A DNA stretch of 64,000 nucleotides. Source: Polyangiaceae bacterium. Lineage in GTDB: Bacteria; Myxococcota_A; Polyangia; Polyangiales; Polyangiaceae. The stretch covers positions 96,001 to 160,000 of the forward strand of contig JBNKBE010000011.1 in the NCBI GenBank assembly GCA_050287085.1, written 5' to 3'. The translations under genes and the position numbers were made by a program. The notes beneath the pieces were generated by a model. It searched no databases, was not told the DNA's origin, and worked only from the letters and a program-made list of their open reading frames with translations. Below are positions 49,433 through 59,589 of the stretch, piece after piece. The stretch's first letter is position 1; each line of letters opens with the position of its first letter.

Positions 49433-50369
49433 TCCGTCGGGCCGAGTCGCTCGCGCTTCTTCCCAAGCGGCCCCCGACGCCCTCTGAGTCCTCCCGCCAA
49501 CGACGCGACCTGAAGTAGCGCTCGCTGGCGTAGAAGGCGTCGTCCTCATTGGCGGCAAACCAGCCGGGGATGCCCAGCACGGGCAGCGGATGAAGCTCAA
49601 TGTCTGCGCCCGCTATTCGCGCCCGCAACTCGGCGTCTTGCTGGGCTCTCGAGAGCTGACTCGGTGCCATTCGCGTGTGCACCAAAAGACAGTGGCCAAC
49701 CAGACCAATGTAGGGATCCAGCAGCGACTCCAACAGGGCGTGCCCCAGGGCGAGCGGAACCAAGTCGCGATTCCAAGCTCGCCGCTGAGCGAGGAACAAC
49801 TCCTGCCAGCGTAGCGCTCGCACCAATTCCAGAAGTTCCTGGGAACTAGAGAATACGACAACACCCCGCTCGTCGAGATGCGTCAATTGATTCTGCAGAG
49901 GCGTCCGACCTGTGCTTCCAGCGCCACGGTCGGGCGGCGCCGCCTGCGCTCGGTGGATCGCCCACTTGGTCATAGGCAGGGCGCACCAGATCAGTGCATT
50001 GTAGAGGTCGTGCCAGTTTCTAGTGCGTGTGGGAATCACTCCCTGCGCGTCGATGAACGCGTCGTATCCACCCGCGCGACGCACCACCCCTTTATCCACC
50101 TCACCGAAGCGCAACGCCCTCCCTGCCACGTGTCGCAGAGGCTCCGCGTAGCGCTCGACCTCGCTCACAGAGGGGAAGTCAGCAAGGCGGCCCAGGGACA
50201 CGCGCCACTCCTTTGGAATAACGGTCGTGGGCGCCCCTCGCTCTGGCACCCCCCCGAAGTCGGTGGGCGGTGAAAAGCGGCGGGGCCTAGCGCACACAGG
50301 GCAACTCCTATCGGACGAGCGCGAGACCGTGCTTTCGCGGGTCGGCGCCGGCCGAAACAGCACCGCCAT
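49416..50369 (-). CDS. DUF3025 family protein
   Basis: IPTR..NWHDLYNALIW, LTHLDERG, GHALLE, PLPVLGIPGW, FY....YFR. Start uncertain (overlaps the ggt end). Confidence 0.82.
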   Translation of the reverse strand: MAVLFRPAPTRESTVSRSSDRSCPVCARPRRFSPPTDFGGVPERGAPTTVIPKEWRVSLGRLADFPSVSEVERYAEPLRHVAGRALRFGEVDKGVVRRAGGYDAFIDAQGVIPTRTRNWHDLYNALIWCALPMTKWAIHRAQAAPPDRGAGSTGRTPLQNQLTHLDERGVVVFSSSQELLELVRALRWQELFLAQRRAWNRDLVPLALGHALLESLLDPYIGLVGHCLLVHTRMAPSQLSRAQQDAELRARIAGADIELHPLPVLGIPGWFAANEDDAFYASERYFRSRRWREDSEGVGGRLGRSASDSARRISESQ

Positions 50370-52134
50370 CCCAGCTCACAGCCTGCACAGCATGCATTCC
50401 AAAATCGGTATGGCCCACTGCTTCACCACGCAAGACAAGGTCTTTCACGAAGGCTTCGTCCCAGTCTGGCGGCGCACTGATGGTGTCCTTTCCCAATGGT
50501 ATGAGAAAGCGAGGCAGTTGAACCAGCCCAGCGGCGGGCACTCCAAACACCAAATGAGAAACTACCAGCTGCGAAACATTGGTGGCAATGGTCATACCGC
50601 CAGACCCTCCCGCCGCCAGAGTCACGCGCCCCTCCCTTACGACAAGGGTCGGCGTCATGCTCGACAGGGGACGTGCACCGGGTCGTGCACGATTGGGCGA
50701 CACGGCAACGCCTAGACCACTTACCCAACGCTGAGCGGTGAAGTCGTCCAATTCATCGTTCAGCAGAACGCCGGACTTGGGGGCGAGAAGCTTGGCGCCA
50801 AACGCGCGATTTACCGTGACCGTCATCGACGCCACGTTGCCCTCGGCGTCAGCCGTCACCAGATGATGAGTTCCCGACTCCGGACTCTCGAAATCCTCAA
50901 TGCGGTGCGTCCGGAACCCCCCGATACGGGCTCTTCGTGCTCGCATTCTGTCAGGTGCGAGCAACGCTCGTAGGTCCACTTGCTCGAACGCCGGATCTCC
51001 GAACACAGTCATGCGGTCGTAGAGCGCAGCCCGAAAGGATTCTGCCAATGCGTGAACGTAGGCTGGACTATTCAACCCCAGGGCGCGAAGCTCACGAGGC
51101 TCATAGAGAGCCAACGTGTGCGCCAGCATATACCCGCCGGCACTGGGGAGCGGCATCGTGTAGACCTCTTGACCCGCAAACTCGATGCGCAACGGTTCAC
51201 GCACCACTGGCGCGTAGGAGCGCAGGTCCTCCAAGGTAAGAGCCCCACCCGCGGCTTGCACCGTCTCAACGATTTCAGCCGCGACCGGCCCCTCGTAGAA
51301 GGCCGATGGCCCCCGCTTGGCAATGCGCGAAAGCGTGGTCGCCAAACGCGGATTGTAGATGCGAGCGCCTTCCGACGGTACGCGGCCCCGCGACAACCAA
51401 AGCGCAGAAAGCCCCGGGTCTTGGGCAAGCGCCGGACGGGCCAGCTCGAGTACCCGAGCCATATGAGGACCGATCCTGAAACCTTCACGAGCAACGCGCG
51501 CAGCCCGCTCAACCACGTCCTCCCACGGCAACCTACCGAAGCGTGTGTGCAGCGCAAATAGCCCCTTGACCTCACCGGGCACGCCAACCCAACGCCCCCG
51601 CTCGCGGCTGTCAAAAGGACGACGCTCAAAGGCCTCTGCTTCGAGGCGCGCCGGGGCGCTTTCGCGAAAGTCGATAATGATGGCACGCTGCGCACTGGCA
51701 TTCCAATAGTTGACGAAGCCACCCCCACCAATGCCCGACGATGACGAGTTAACAATTCCCCCGACCAGCGCGGCCACGACCGCCGCATCCGCGGCGTTGC
51801 CCCCTTCCTCAAGCACCTTAAGGGCCTCGTGGGTGGCGCGCGGTGCCTCCGTGGCCACTGCACCTCGGGCCGCTGCCTTGCGGCCAGCCCCAATTGCGGT
51901 GGGTAGCCCCGCGGGCTCTTCATCACCTCGCCGCAGGGCCGTCGGCACCGGTGTTTCTTGCGCAATCTGGTCCGTCGAGTGCTGCGCGGCTGCGTTCGGA
52001 GCCAAGGTATGCCGGGGTGCTGCGCTGAGCAACACGAGCCCAAAGCCAAACACCAACAACACTGGAAACAACTTTCCGCCCGACTGGCGCTTACACCGTT
52101 CAGGCCTCATCCCAATCTCCAGCTTGCCCGTCAC
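50308..52134 (-). CDS. ggt: Gamma-glutamyltransferase (exported)
   Basis: GGNAADAA, SGIGGGGF, IDFRESAP, GVPG, GTHHL (Thr nucleophile), LNDELDDF, RPLSSMTP, GADPRK. Confidence 0.94.
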   Translation of the reverse strand: MTGKLEIGMRPERCKRQSGGKLFPVLLVFGFGLVLLSAAPRHTLAPNAAAQHSTDQIAQETPVPTALRRGDEEPAGLPTAIGAGRKAAARGAVATEAPRATHEALKVLEEGGNAADAAVVAALVGGIVNSSSSGIGGGGFVNYWNASAQRAIIIDFRESAPARLEAEAFERRPFDSRERGRWVGVPGEVKGLFALHTRFGRLPWEDVVERAARVAREGFRIGPHMARVLELARPALAQDPGLSALWLSRGRVPSEGARIYNPRLATTLSRIAKRGPSAFYEGPVAAEIVETVQAAGGALTLEDLRSYAPVVREPLRIEFAGQEVYTMPLPSAGGYMLAHTLALYEPRELRALGLNSPAYVHALAESFRAALYDRMTVFGDPAFEQVDLRALLAPDRMRARRARIGGFRTHRIEDFESPESGTHHLVTADAEGNVASMTVTVNRAFGAKLLAPKSGVLLNDELDDFTAQRWVSGLGVAVSPNRARPGARPLSSMTPTLVVREGRVTLAAGGSGGMTIATNVSQLVVSHLVFGVPAAGLVQLPRFLIPLGKDTISAPPDWDEAFVKDLVLRGEAVGHTDFGMHAVQAVSWDGGAVSAGADPRKHGLALVR

Positions 52135-52188
52135 AAAGGTGTTATAAAGGTCTGCGCCGCGTTTTCATAGCGGGCACCAGAGTTTCCA

Positions 52189-53127
52189 ATGCGTTTCCTT
52201 TTCATTATGGACCCGCTCGACGGGATCCTCCCTGACAAGGACACGAGCTATGCTTTCATGCTCGCGTCCGTGGCCCGCGGCCACCAAGCATTTCACTGCC
52301 AACCCCACGAGGTATCCAACCACGGCCACGCCGTGGCGGCCTGGACGCGCGAAGTCTTGATCAGCGATGGTGCGCGGCCGCCCGCAGCCGCCGCCCCGCA
52401 GCGAATGTCGCTGACGGAATTCGATGCGGTACTGATTCGGAAAGACCCGCCCTTCGATGCCGCGTACCTACATCTGACGCAGCAACTGTCCCTGGCGGGC
52501 GAGCGTCTGCTGGTGGTCAACGCTCCCGATGCCTTGCGCGCTGCAAACGAAAAGCTATACGCCTTCCAGTTCGCCGAGTTCATGCCGGAAACGTTGGTGA
52601 GCAGCAATACCCAAGAGCTGCTCGAGTTTGTCATGAGCGTCGGTGGACGCGCCGTAGTCAAGCCCTTGGATGGCGCAGGCGGGGCGGGGGTCATGGGTCT
52701 TGAGGGAGGCTCTCGCAACACGCGAGGTATTCTTGACTACGTGACCCGTGAGGGACGCGAACTGGCGATGGTCCAGGCGTTTCAGCCCGAAGTGGTTGCA
52801 GGCGACAAGCGGGTCCTATTGCTCGATGGTGAGCTCCTGGGCGCGATTCGGCGCGTTCCTCGAGAAGATGACATTCGAGCCAATATTCACGTGGGCGGAC
52901 GCGTCGAGGCAACCGACTTAACGCCAGCGGAACAGCGGCTGGTAGACACCGTCGGACCGCGACTCAAAGCCGTCGGACTATTCTTCGTCGGACTCGATCT
53001 CATCGCCGAGAAGCTCATCGAGATCAACGTCACCAGTCCCACAGGTATTCAAGAGCTTTCGCGCTTGTCGGGCACAGATCACGCCGCCCGAGTCATTCTG
53101 TGGCTCGAGGCAAATGCTCGAAACTAG
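52189..53127 (+). CDS. gshB: Glutathione synthetase
   Basis: FIMDP...KDTS, IRKDPPFD..Y, NEKL, KPLDG.GG, GDKRV, RANIHVGG, EINVTSPTG. Confidence 0.97.
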   Translation: MRFLFIMDPLDGILPDKDTSYAFMLASVARGHQAFHCQPHEVSNHGHAVAAWTREVLISDGARPPAAAAPQRMSLTEFDAVLIRKDPPFDAAYLHLTQQLSLAGERLLVVNAPDALRAANEKLYAFQFAEFMPETLVSSNTQELLEFVMSVGGRAVVKPLDGAGGAGVMGLEGGSRNTRGILDYVTREGRELAMVQAFQPEVVAGDKRVLLLDGELLGAIRRVPREDDIRANIHVGGRVEATDLTPAEQRLVDTVGPRLKAVGLFFVGLDLIAEKLIEINVTSPTGIQELSRLSGTDHAARVILWLEANARN

Positions 53128-53225
53128 AATCTAGCCCGCGCCCCATGGCGCGCAACGCTGCTCTCGGCCCACCAGGCCAGCCACCTTCGACCCTTGTTAG
53201 CTCGCACCCCGTACAACCGTCCATC

Positions 53226-55757
53226 ATGAGCCACGACTTCACCCAAGACGACTCCCCGCCACAGTCCATGTTGCCCGCATTCGGCGCCCGCACCGGGATG
53301 TCGGCCCCCGTACTGAAACGGGCTACTCTCGATCATCTCCACTACACTCTGGGACGCGACGTAGAAGACACAACTCCGGGGGACCTCTACGCTGCCCTGG
53401 CCCTAGCCATTCGCGATCGGTTGGTACACCGTTGGCTCTCGACGGAACGAGCGTACGAGGAGGGCAACGTCAAGCGAGCCTTCTATCTGTCGAGCGAATT
53501 CCTCGTCGGACGTAGCCTCCGCCTATGCCTACTGAACCTTGGGTTGGAGGAAGTGGCCGATCGTGTGCTGCGAGAGCGCGGCAGCAACCTCGAGGAAGTG
53601 GAGCAGCAGGAACTCGACCCCGGGCTTGGCAACGGCGGCTTGGGACGTCTAGCCGCGTGCTTCATGGACTCCCTCGCCACGCTGCAATACCCGGCTCGTG
53701 GCTACGGCATTCGGTATCGGTACGGCATCTTCGAGCAGTTGATCGAGGATGGCTATCAGGTCGAACGCCGCGATGACTGGCTGAGACGACCGAATCCTTG
53801 GGACCTTCCGCGCCACGATCTGGAACAGAAGGTCCGGTTCTTCGGACGAACCGAAACCCGCAAGGACGAACAAGGCAACCTGATCATCGAGTGGCTCGAG
53901 ACGAAAGACGTCGTGGGAGTCCCGTACGACTCGTTCATCGTCGGGCACGAAACCAATACCGTCAACACGCTACGCCTCTGGGACGCTCACGCCACGCTCG
54001 ACTTCGATCTGAAGCTCTTCAACGCTGGGGACTACAGGCGCGCAGTCGAAGAGAAAATGGACTCGGAGAACATTTCCAAGGTGTTGTATCCGATGGACCA
54101 TACACCCGAAGGCAAGTTGCTGCGTCTCAAGCAACAATACTTCTTCGTGGCCTGCTCGATCGCAGACATCATTCGTGAGTTCAAGGAGCAGAACGAGAAC
54201 TTCCACGCGTTTCCGGACAAGGTAGCAATCCAGCTCAATGACACGCATCCTGCGATAGCTGTTGCCGAACTCATGCGCATCTTCGTCGACGACGAACATC
54301 TCCCCTGGGACTTTGCTTGGAGCCTGGTCCAAAGGACGTTCGGCTATACCAATCATACGCTGTTGCCGGAGGCTCTCGAGAAGTGGCCAGTTTGGATGTT
54401 CGAACTGCTGCTTCCACGACATCTGTTGGTTATCTACGAGATCAATAGACGCTTCCTCCGACAGGTGGAGATTCGTTGGCCTGGCGATGTAGAACGGCTG
54501 CGCAAACTGTCCATTATCGAGGAAGGCGCCGAACGACAGGTCCGCATGGCTCACCTCGCTACCATCGCATCCTCGAGCGTTAACGGGGTAGCAAGGCTGC
54601 ATACCGAGCTCATCAAGTCCGATCTGATGCCGGAATTCTACGAGCTCTTTCCCGAACGGTTCAACAACAAGACCAACGGCGTGACCCCACGACGCTGGGT
54701 ACTCAGCGCGAACCCAGATCTGTCTCGCGAGATCACGGCGCGCATCGGCGAAGAATGGATAATCTCTGACTTCTCAAACATCGTACGACTGCGCGAGTTC
54801 GTGAGCGACCGGTCAACGCTCGAAGCGTTCACCCAGGTTAAGCAGATCAACAAAGAACGGCTGTGTCGCGTGATCGCGGACACCACGGGCACATACACGT
54901 CACCGAACTCGATGTTTGTTGTTCACGTGAAACGCATCCACGAGTACAAGCGGCAACTGCTCGCGATTCTGGGAGTCATTGCTCTCTATATTAAGGAGCG
55001 CAACAGTCCCACTGAGGCTTTCACGCCGCGCACCTACGTGTTTGCGGGCAAGGCCGCGCCTGGGTATGCGATCGCCAAGTTGCATATCAAGCTCATCAAC
55101 GCTGTGGCGGAGGTGATCAACAACGACCCGGAGCTGCACAATCGCATCAAGGTCGTGTTCATCCCCAACTACAGCGTGTCGCTAGCCGAACGGATCATTC
55201 CCGCTGCCGATCTATCCGTCCAAATATCCCTGGCTGGCAAAGAGGCCTCCGGCACCGGCAATATGAAGTTCGCGATGAACGGGGCACTGACGATCGGGAC
55301 GCTCGACGGAGCGAACGTGGAAATCCACGAGGAGGTCGGCGACGAAAATTTCTATCTTTTCGGGATGCGAGTTGCCGAAGTCAGGAAGTTGCAGCAGCGA
55401 GGTTACAACCCGTCGGTCTTCATTGAGCAGTGTCCCGACCTCAAAGCTGCCATTGAACTGATCGAGTCAGAGCTGTTTAGCCCCGATGAACCCGGTATTT
55501 TTCGACAGATCACGGACTCCCTGCGCTACCACGATCCCTACATGGTGTGTGCGGACTTCCAGTCTTATGCGGATACTGAGGCGCGTGCCGCTCTAGACTA
55601 CCAAGATACCGTGGATTGGGCCCGCCGCGCATTGTTGAACATCGCGGGCTCAGCCCGCTTCTCCAGTGACGAGACTATTCACGCCTACGCCCGCGAGATC
55701 TGGAAGCTGCAGCCGGTACACGTCGATCTAGGCGAAGACGATCACCTGATGCGGTAG
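53226..55757 (+). CDS. glgP: Glycogen/maltodextrin phosphorylase
   Basis: GLGNGGLGRLAACF, QLNDTHP, YTNHT, KTNGVTPRRW, KRIHEYKRQ, EASGTGNMKF (PLP Lys). Confidence 0.97.
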   Translation: MSHDFTQDDSPPQSMLPAFGARTGMSAPVLKRATLDHLHYTLGRDVEDTTPGDLYAALALAIRDRLVHRWLSTERAYEEGNVKRAFYLSSEFLVGRSLRLCLLNLGLEEVADRVLRERGSNLEEVEQQELDPGLGNGGLGRLAACFMDSLATLQYPARGYGIRYRYGIFEQLIEDGYQVERRDDWLRRPNPWDLPRHDLEQKVRFFGRTETRKDEQGNLIIEWLETKDVVGVPYDSFIVGHETNTVNTLRLWDAHATLDFDLKLFNAGDYRRAVEEKMDSENISKVLYPMDHTPEGKLLRLKQQYFFVACSIADIIREFKEQNENFHAFPDKVAIQLNDTHPAIAVAELMRIFVDDEHLPWDFAWSLVQRTFGYTNHTLLPEALEKWPVWMFELLLPRHLLVIYEINRRFLRQVEIRWPGDVERLRKLSIIEEGAERQVRMAHLATIASSSVNGVARLHTELIKSDLMPEFYELFPERFNNKTNGVTPRRWVLSANPDLSREITARIGEEWIISDFSNIVRLREFVSDRSTLEAFTQVKQINKERLCRVIADTTGTYTSPNSMFVVHVKRIHEYKRQLLAILGVIALYIKERNSPTEAFTPRTYVFAGKAAPGYAIAKLHIKLINAVAEVINNDPELHNRIKVVFIPNYSVSLAERIIPAADLSVQISLAGKEASGTGNMKFAMNGALTIGTLDGANVEIHEEVGDENFYLFGMRVAEVRKLQQRGYNPSVFIEQCPDLKAAIELIESELFSPDEPGIFRQITDSLRYHDPYMVCADFQSYADTEARAALDYQDTVDWARRALLNIAGSARFSSDETIHAYAREIWKLQPVHVDLGEDDHLMR

Positions 55758-55761
55758 GGTA

Positions 55762-55782
55762 TGCACACCTCGAAAGTGTGCA
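55762..55782 (+). terminator. Short hairpin after the glgP stop (possible terminator)
   Basis: tgcacac-ctcgaaa-gtgtgca. Weak U-tract. Confidence 0.3.
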
Positions 55783-55910
55783 CTTCCGGGGTGTTCACTT
55801 CCGATGTACATGGAGCTGGCCGCGGATCTGCCGCCAACTGGCACCCCGGGTTGGGCTCTGGTGGACGTCGCCGTCTGCGTCTATTCCTGATGCTAGCAAT
55901 GCCTGCCGCA

Positions 55911-56000
55911 GTGCCCTGAGCCGCGGTGCCCTGAGCCGCGGTGTCCTGAGCCGCGGTGTCCTGAGCCGCGGTGCCCTGAGCTGCGGTGTCCTGAGCTGCG
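55911..56000. repeat. Tandem repeat, 15 bp x6 (gtgYcctgagcYgcg), probably intergenic
   Basis: Read directly from the sequence; two variable positions. Confidence 0.95.
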
Positions 56001-56191
56001 GGGGGCACCCGCTGCTTCGGCGGCCGAGTCGTGGCGGGGTCTGCGCAATTTCCGCGCGAAGTGTCTCGCTTGCCCCACGAGCGGACCCCGAGCCGGAGAG
56101 CGGACGGCCGCAGCTCGACGCCATTGCACCACGGCCCATTGCATTTCTGCGCCGTGGGTGCTGCGATGTTTGGGTGCCAACGCTCCCAAAC

Positions 56192-57313
56192 ATGTTCCCC
56201 AAGTGCGCGCCAAGGCCGCGAGTCGGGGGCATTGGGGGGATCGGCGTTGCGCTGGCATCGGCCTTGCTGTCAACCGCGGCAGCGGCCGGCGACTTAGCCG
56301 TTCGATACGAGGCTCCGGGGGGGTGCGGCTCCGCGAGAGCGGTTCGGGAACGAGTGCGGCGGGCGCTCCCTGAGCGGGAGTTTGCGTCTTTGACGGCAAC
56401 CATCGAAGTCAAGGCGGAGCCCGGCGGATATGGCATGGCTTTTCATGCCAGCGCTGGCAGCGCCGTCGTCGACAAGACACTGCACGTGGAATCTTGCGAA
56501 GCAGCCGTCGAAGCGGCCGCTCTGCTGCTGCTGCTAACGGTGGAGGAAGCACCGTCCGCGTCAGACGCCGTCGGAGCGGGCGCAAGTGGCGCCCCAGAGA
56601 AGCCCCCCGTCGCTACGGGCCAGACCCCCGTCGCTACGGGCCAGACCCCCGTCGCCGCGGGCCAGACCCCGACCCCAGCAACTCCCACCAAAGCGGACGC
56701 CACTGACCCGAGCCTTCGGCGCGCACCGGCGCCTCTCGACGACCTCACTGCAGATGTCTCCACCGCCAGTCGCAGCTCCTCGCTAGAGGCCCTCGCGCTG
56801 GAGCTCGACGTGGGAGTTCAGGGCGCTTCGGGGCTGAGCCCCGGCTGGTCTCCGCTGGGGCGTTTGGAACTCGCGGTCGACGTAGAAAACCTCCGCATCA
56901 GCCTTGCGGGGGGCTGGGGACTGGAGCGCCAGACCGCGATTGAGGGGAGCTCTGGCCTTGCTCTCCGCTGGTCTGAGATACGGGCAGAGGGAAACCTCGG
57001 CTGGACTTTGCGCCGCGGTCCGTGGCGCCTGACCTCGCTGGTGGGGCTCGGTTGGTTGCGGCTGAGTGCGATCCCGGTCAATACATCAACTCCAGCGTCC
57101 GGAGCTACCGGATGGTTGTATATCCCCGTAGGTCTGCTGGCTTCCAGGAGCATTGGGAAGCACGTGGGTATCTTTGGGCGCCTCGCGGGGGAAATCAGTT
57201 TGGAACGGCCAAAGTATGAGATCGGGGGTCTTGTAGCACCCGCGCACACCCCAAACCCCCTAGGACTCGCACTGGGTCTGGGAGTGCGTTTGAGCTGGGG
57301 AGAGCACGACTAG
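56192..57313 (+). CDS. Putative outer-membrane protein with N-terminal Cys-pair domain (module 2)
   Basis: Signal peptide, VRYEAPGGCGS...TLHVESCEAAVEAAALLL domain, Pro/Thr linker, beta-strand C-terminal half ending LGLGVRLSW. Confidence 0.6.
   Translation: MFPKCAPRPRVGGIGGIGVALASALLSTAAAAGDLAVRYEAPGGCGSARAVRERVRRALPEREFASLTATIEVKAEPGGYGMAFHASAGSAVVDKTLHVESCEAAVEAAALLLLLTVEEAPSASDAVGAGASGAPEKPPVATGQTPVATGQTPVAAGQTPTPATPTKADATDPSLRRAPAPLDDLTADVSTASRSSSLEALALELDVGVQGASGLSPGWSPLGRLELAVDVENLRISLAGGWGLERQTAIEGSSGLALRWSEIRAEGNLGWTLRRGPWRLTSLVGLGWLRLSAIPVNTSTPASGATGWLYIPVGLLASRSIGKHVGIFGRLAGEISLERPKYEIGGLVAPAHTPNPLGLALGLGVRLSWGEHD
56606..56668. repeat. Tandem repeat, 21 bp x3, encoding (PVATGQT)n
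   Basis: cccgtcgctacgggccagacc x2 plus one variant copy. Confidence 0.9.
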
Positions 57314-57418
57314 ATGCAGGCCATATCATTCGAAATGGGTCACCTGCTGCAGGGTATTCGCGCCCTTTTTTCGACCTCTTTCACGGAATCATCCGTTGCC
57401 GGCCACTGGATATGTTGG

Positions 57419-58009
57419 ATGGCATTGCCGGCTCGCCCGGCTCCTGATCCGTCGGGCGACGCAGGTAGCGCCGCCCAAGGACCCGAGGAGTCCCCTGATC
57501 ATGTTTCCTTCGAACAAGTCTACAGCGAATGTTTCGACTTTGTGTGGCGCGCAGCCCGAGGCATGGGCATGTCGGGCGCCGCAGCCGAGGACGTCGTTCA
57601 GGACGTGTTCGTGGTGGTACATCGCAGACTCGACTCGCTCGAAAACCCAGCCGCGCTACGGAGCTGGCTCTTTGGGATCACCCGCCGCGTCGTCAAGGAC
57701 CATCGCCGCGCCGCCACACGGCGCGGCCCTCATGTTGAGCTCGACGCAGAGCGTGCAGGCGAAAGTGGCCCCGACCCCCAGCGGGTCGTTTCTGGGCAAC
57801 AAGCACTCGGTCTCCTTCAAAGATACGTCGAGGGCTTCGACGAGGATCGTAAAGCTCTGTTCTTCTTGGCCTTCATTGAAGAGCTGCCCATCGTCCAAGT
57901 TGCCGAAGCGCTGGGGGACAACGTGAATACCGTCTACTCAAGAGTCAGGGCACTCAAACGCGACCTGGCAGCCGCGCTGGCTGATGACCCAACGTCGGAG
58001 AAGCCATGA
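57419..58009 (+). CDS. ECF RNA polymerase sigma-70 factor (module 2)
   Basis: FDFVWRAARGMG...AEDVVQDVF, LRSWLFGI, VAEALGDNVNTVYSRV. Confidence 0.92.
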   Translation: MALPARPAPDPSGDAGSAAQGPEESPDHVSFEQVYSECFDFVWRAARGMGMSGAAAEDVVQDVFVVVHRRLDSLENPAALRSWLFGITRRVVKDHRRAATRRGPHVELDAERAGESGPDPQRVVSGQQALGLLQRYVEGFDEDRKALFFLAFIEELPIVQVAEALGDNVNTVYSRVRALKRDLAAALADDPTSEKP

Positions 58010-58830
58010 AGAATCTCGACGAAGCACTGGCTCAGCTCCGCGAAGAGTACAGCCCCGACTCAGGCGCCAAGGACCGGGTTAAGGCGTCACTTGCCGGGCT
58101 GATTGCCGCCAGCCAAACGGGCATGGAATCGTCGCCGGAAACGTTGCCCAACGCAAACACGCCAGCGGGCGCCGAAAGTGGTATCGGGACCGGCGCGGCA
58201 GAGGCGACGCGCATTGGGAGCACCCTGGGCGTCAAGGCGCTCAAGCTGGGAGCTTTGCTGGGGCTCGGCACCACGCTGGCCGTGGTGGGCGTCAAGCTCT
58301 GGTCCTCAGGTGAAGACACAACGGCCAACTCTCAGCAGGCTCAGACGCTGACCACTCCTGAGCAGCCCCTCGCTGCCCCCCTTCCCCAAGTGCCCCCAGC
58401 TGAGGCCGCTCCTGCGGAGGACAAGGCATCGACGGCACACGACGGCGCGGAAGCGGCCGCCGCAGCAGCGCTGCCCGAGCGCTCTTTCGCAAAGCCGCCC
58501 TCTGGAAAGGCGGTCAAGAGTCGTCGCCGACAGACGACTGCGAAGTCGACGGATTCCACGGGCAAGACGCCCGAAATGCTCGCTGAAATTCGCCTACTGC
58601 GAGCCGCTTCGAACGCCGTGCGCTCCGGAAAACAAGACGAAGCCCGCCACCTGCTTGCTCAGCACAGGCGACAGTATCCAAACAGCCAACTGGGTGCTGA
58701 GCGGCGCGGTCTCAGTTTGCTGCTAGACTGCACGAGCAGCAGCCAGGGACGCGCACGTGCCCGGCGCTTCCTAGCCGACCATCCGCGCTCGCCCGTTGCC
58801 GAGAAGATCCGCAAACAGTGCCTGGAATGA
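58006..58830 (+). CDS. Putative anti-sigma factor-like membrane protein (module 2)
   Basis: ATGA overlap with the ECF, single TM, C-terminal LAEIRLLRAASNAV...HRRQYPNSQLGAER domain with a terminal Cys pair. Confidence 0.65.
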   Translation: MKNLDEALAQLREEYSPDSGAKDRVKASLAGLIAASQTGMESSPETLPNANTPAGAESGIGTGAAEATRIGSTLGVKALKLGALLGLGTTLAVVGVKLWSSGEDTTANSQQAQTLTTPEQPLAAPLPQVPPAEAAPAEDKASTAHDGAEAAAAAALPERSFAKPPSGKAVKSRRRQTTAKSTDSTGKTPEMLAEIRLLRAASNAVRSGKQDEARHLLAQHRRQYPNSQLGAERRGLSLLLDCTSSSQGRARARRFLADHPRSPVAEKIRKQCLE

Positions 58831-59300
58831 TGTTGCCCCTTTGCCACCGCCATCTTCGTTGGATGGGCCTTGCGCTCCTCGTCGCGTGTTCACGAGACGT
58901 TTCGCTCGGCGAAAACGTGCCGGCTCAGACCACACCTCCTGCCGCGACTTCGGAAGGCTCGCCGCCCAACGCGGCACCTACGCAGTCGCCCTCGGACGAC
59001 GACGAGCCCGGAATGTCTACCGATGACGAGGCAGACGCTGAAGACGCGGGCGCTAGCGCGACCCCTCCGTCGAGCACCGGCGACGACACCAACGCAGCGG
59101 GCGCCAGTGACGTCGATGATGTCGACTCAGATGACTCCGACACGCTAGACAGAGACGATGCAGAGCTCGGTGAGGATAACGACCTGCTCGAGGGGCCCGA
59201 CGAAGCGGATGAACCCGCCGATGGCCTCACCGACTCAGACGATGCTACAGACGCCGGAGCCGATGAGGCCGACGCCGCAGAGCCCGAAGTCGAGCCCTAG
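58827..59300 (+). CDS. Acidic low-complexity lipoprotein
   Basis: LLVAC lipobox, ATGA overlap with the previous gene, Asp/Glu-rich body. Confidence 0.65.
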   Translation: MMLPLCHRHLRWMGLALLVACSRDVSLGENVPAQTTPPAATSEGSPPNAAPTQSPSDDDEPGMSTDDEADAEDAGASATPPSSTGDDTNAAGASDVDDVDSDDSDTLDRDDAELGEDNDLLEGPDEADEPADGLTDSDDATDAGADEADAAEPEVEP

Positions 59301-59451
59301 GCGGCGTCGGCTAGTCCACAATTGAGCTCTCGAGTCGGCTGATGCCCGACGCGGAACCGTGCTGCACCCCCAAACCGTGCTGCGGCGCTCCGCCGCTCAG
59401 GTAGCCGCGCCGCCCGCGACGAGGGGCAACCCCAACAACACATGGATACCC

Positions 59452-59589
59452 AGGCTCGCTGAGCGATCGCCTTCGCGTGTCATGACAATCGCCGGACTGC
59501 GCAGCCATTCGAGGAGGGCGGAGACGAGCCCGAGCGCCACAGAGCACGACGATCGGCCGAGGTGGTATGGCTTTCCCATTCGCGAGCCT
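59452..59589 (-). ncRNA. Candidate structured RNA / dispersed fold-back element, copy 2
   Basis: Terminal 8-bp stem aggctcgc/gcgagcct. Shares an 18/18 block and a 21/24 block, colinear, with 3256-3401. Confidence 0.45.

Noticed and set aside
51072..52049. Long alternative-frame ORFs (e.g. 51072-52049, 22667-23611, 37461-38393, 38885-39781)
   Set aside because: They overlap well-supported genes, carry no recognisable motifs, and are expected in high-GC DNA with few stop codons.
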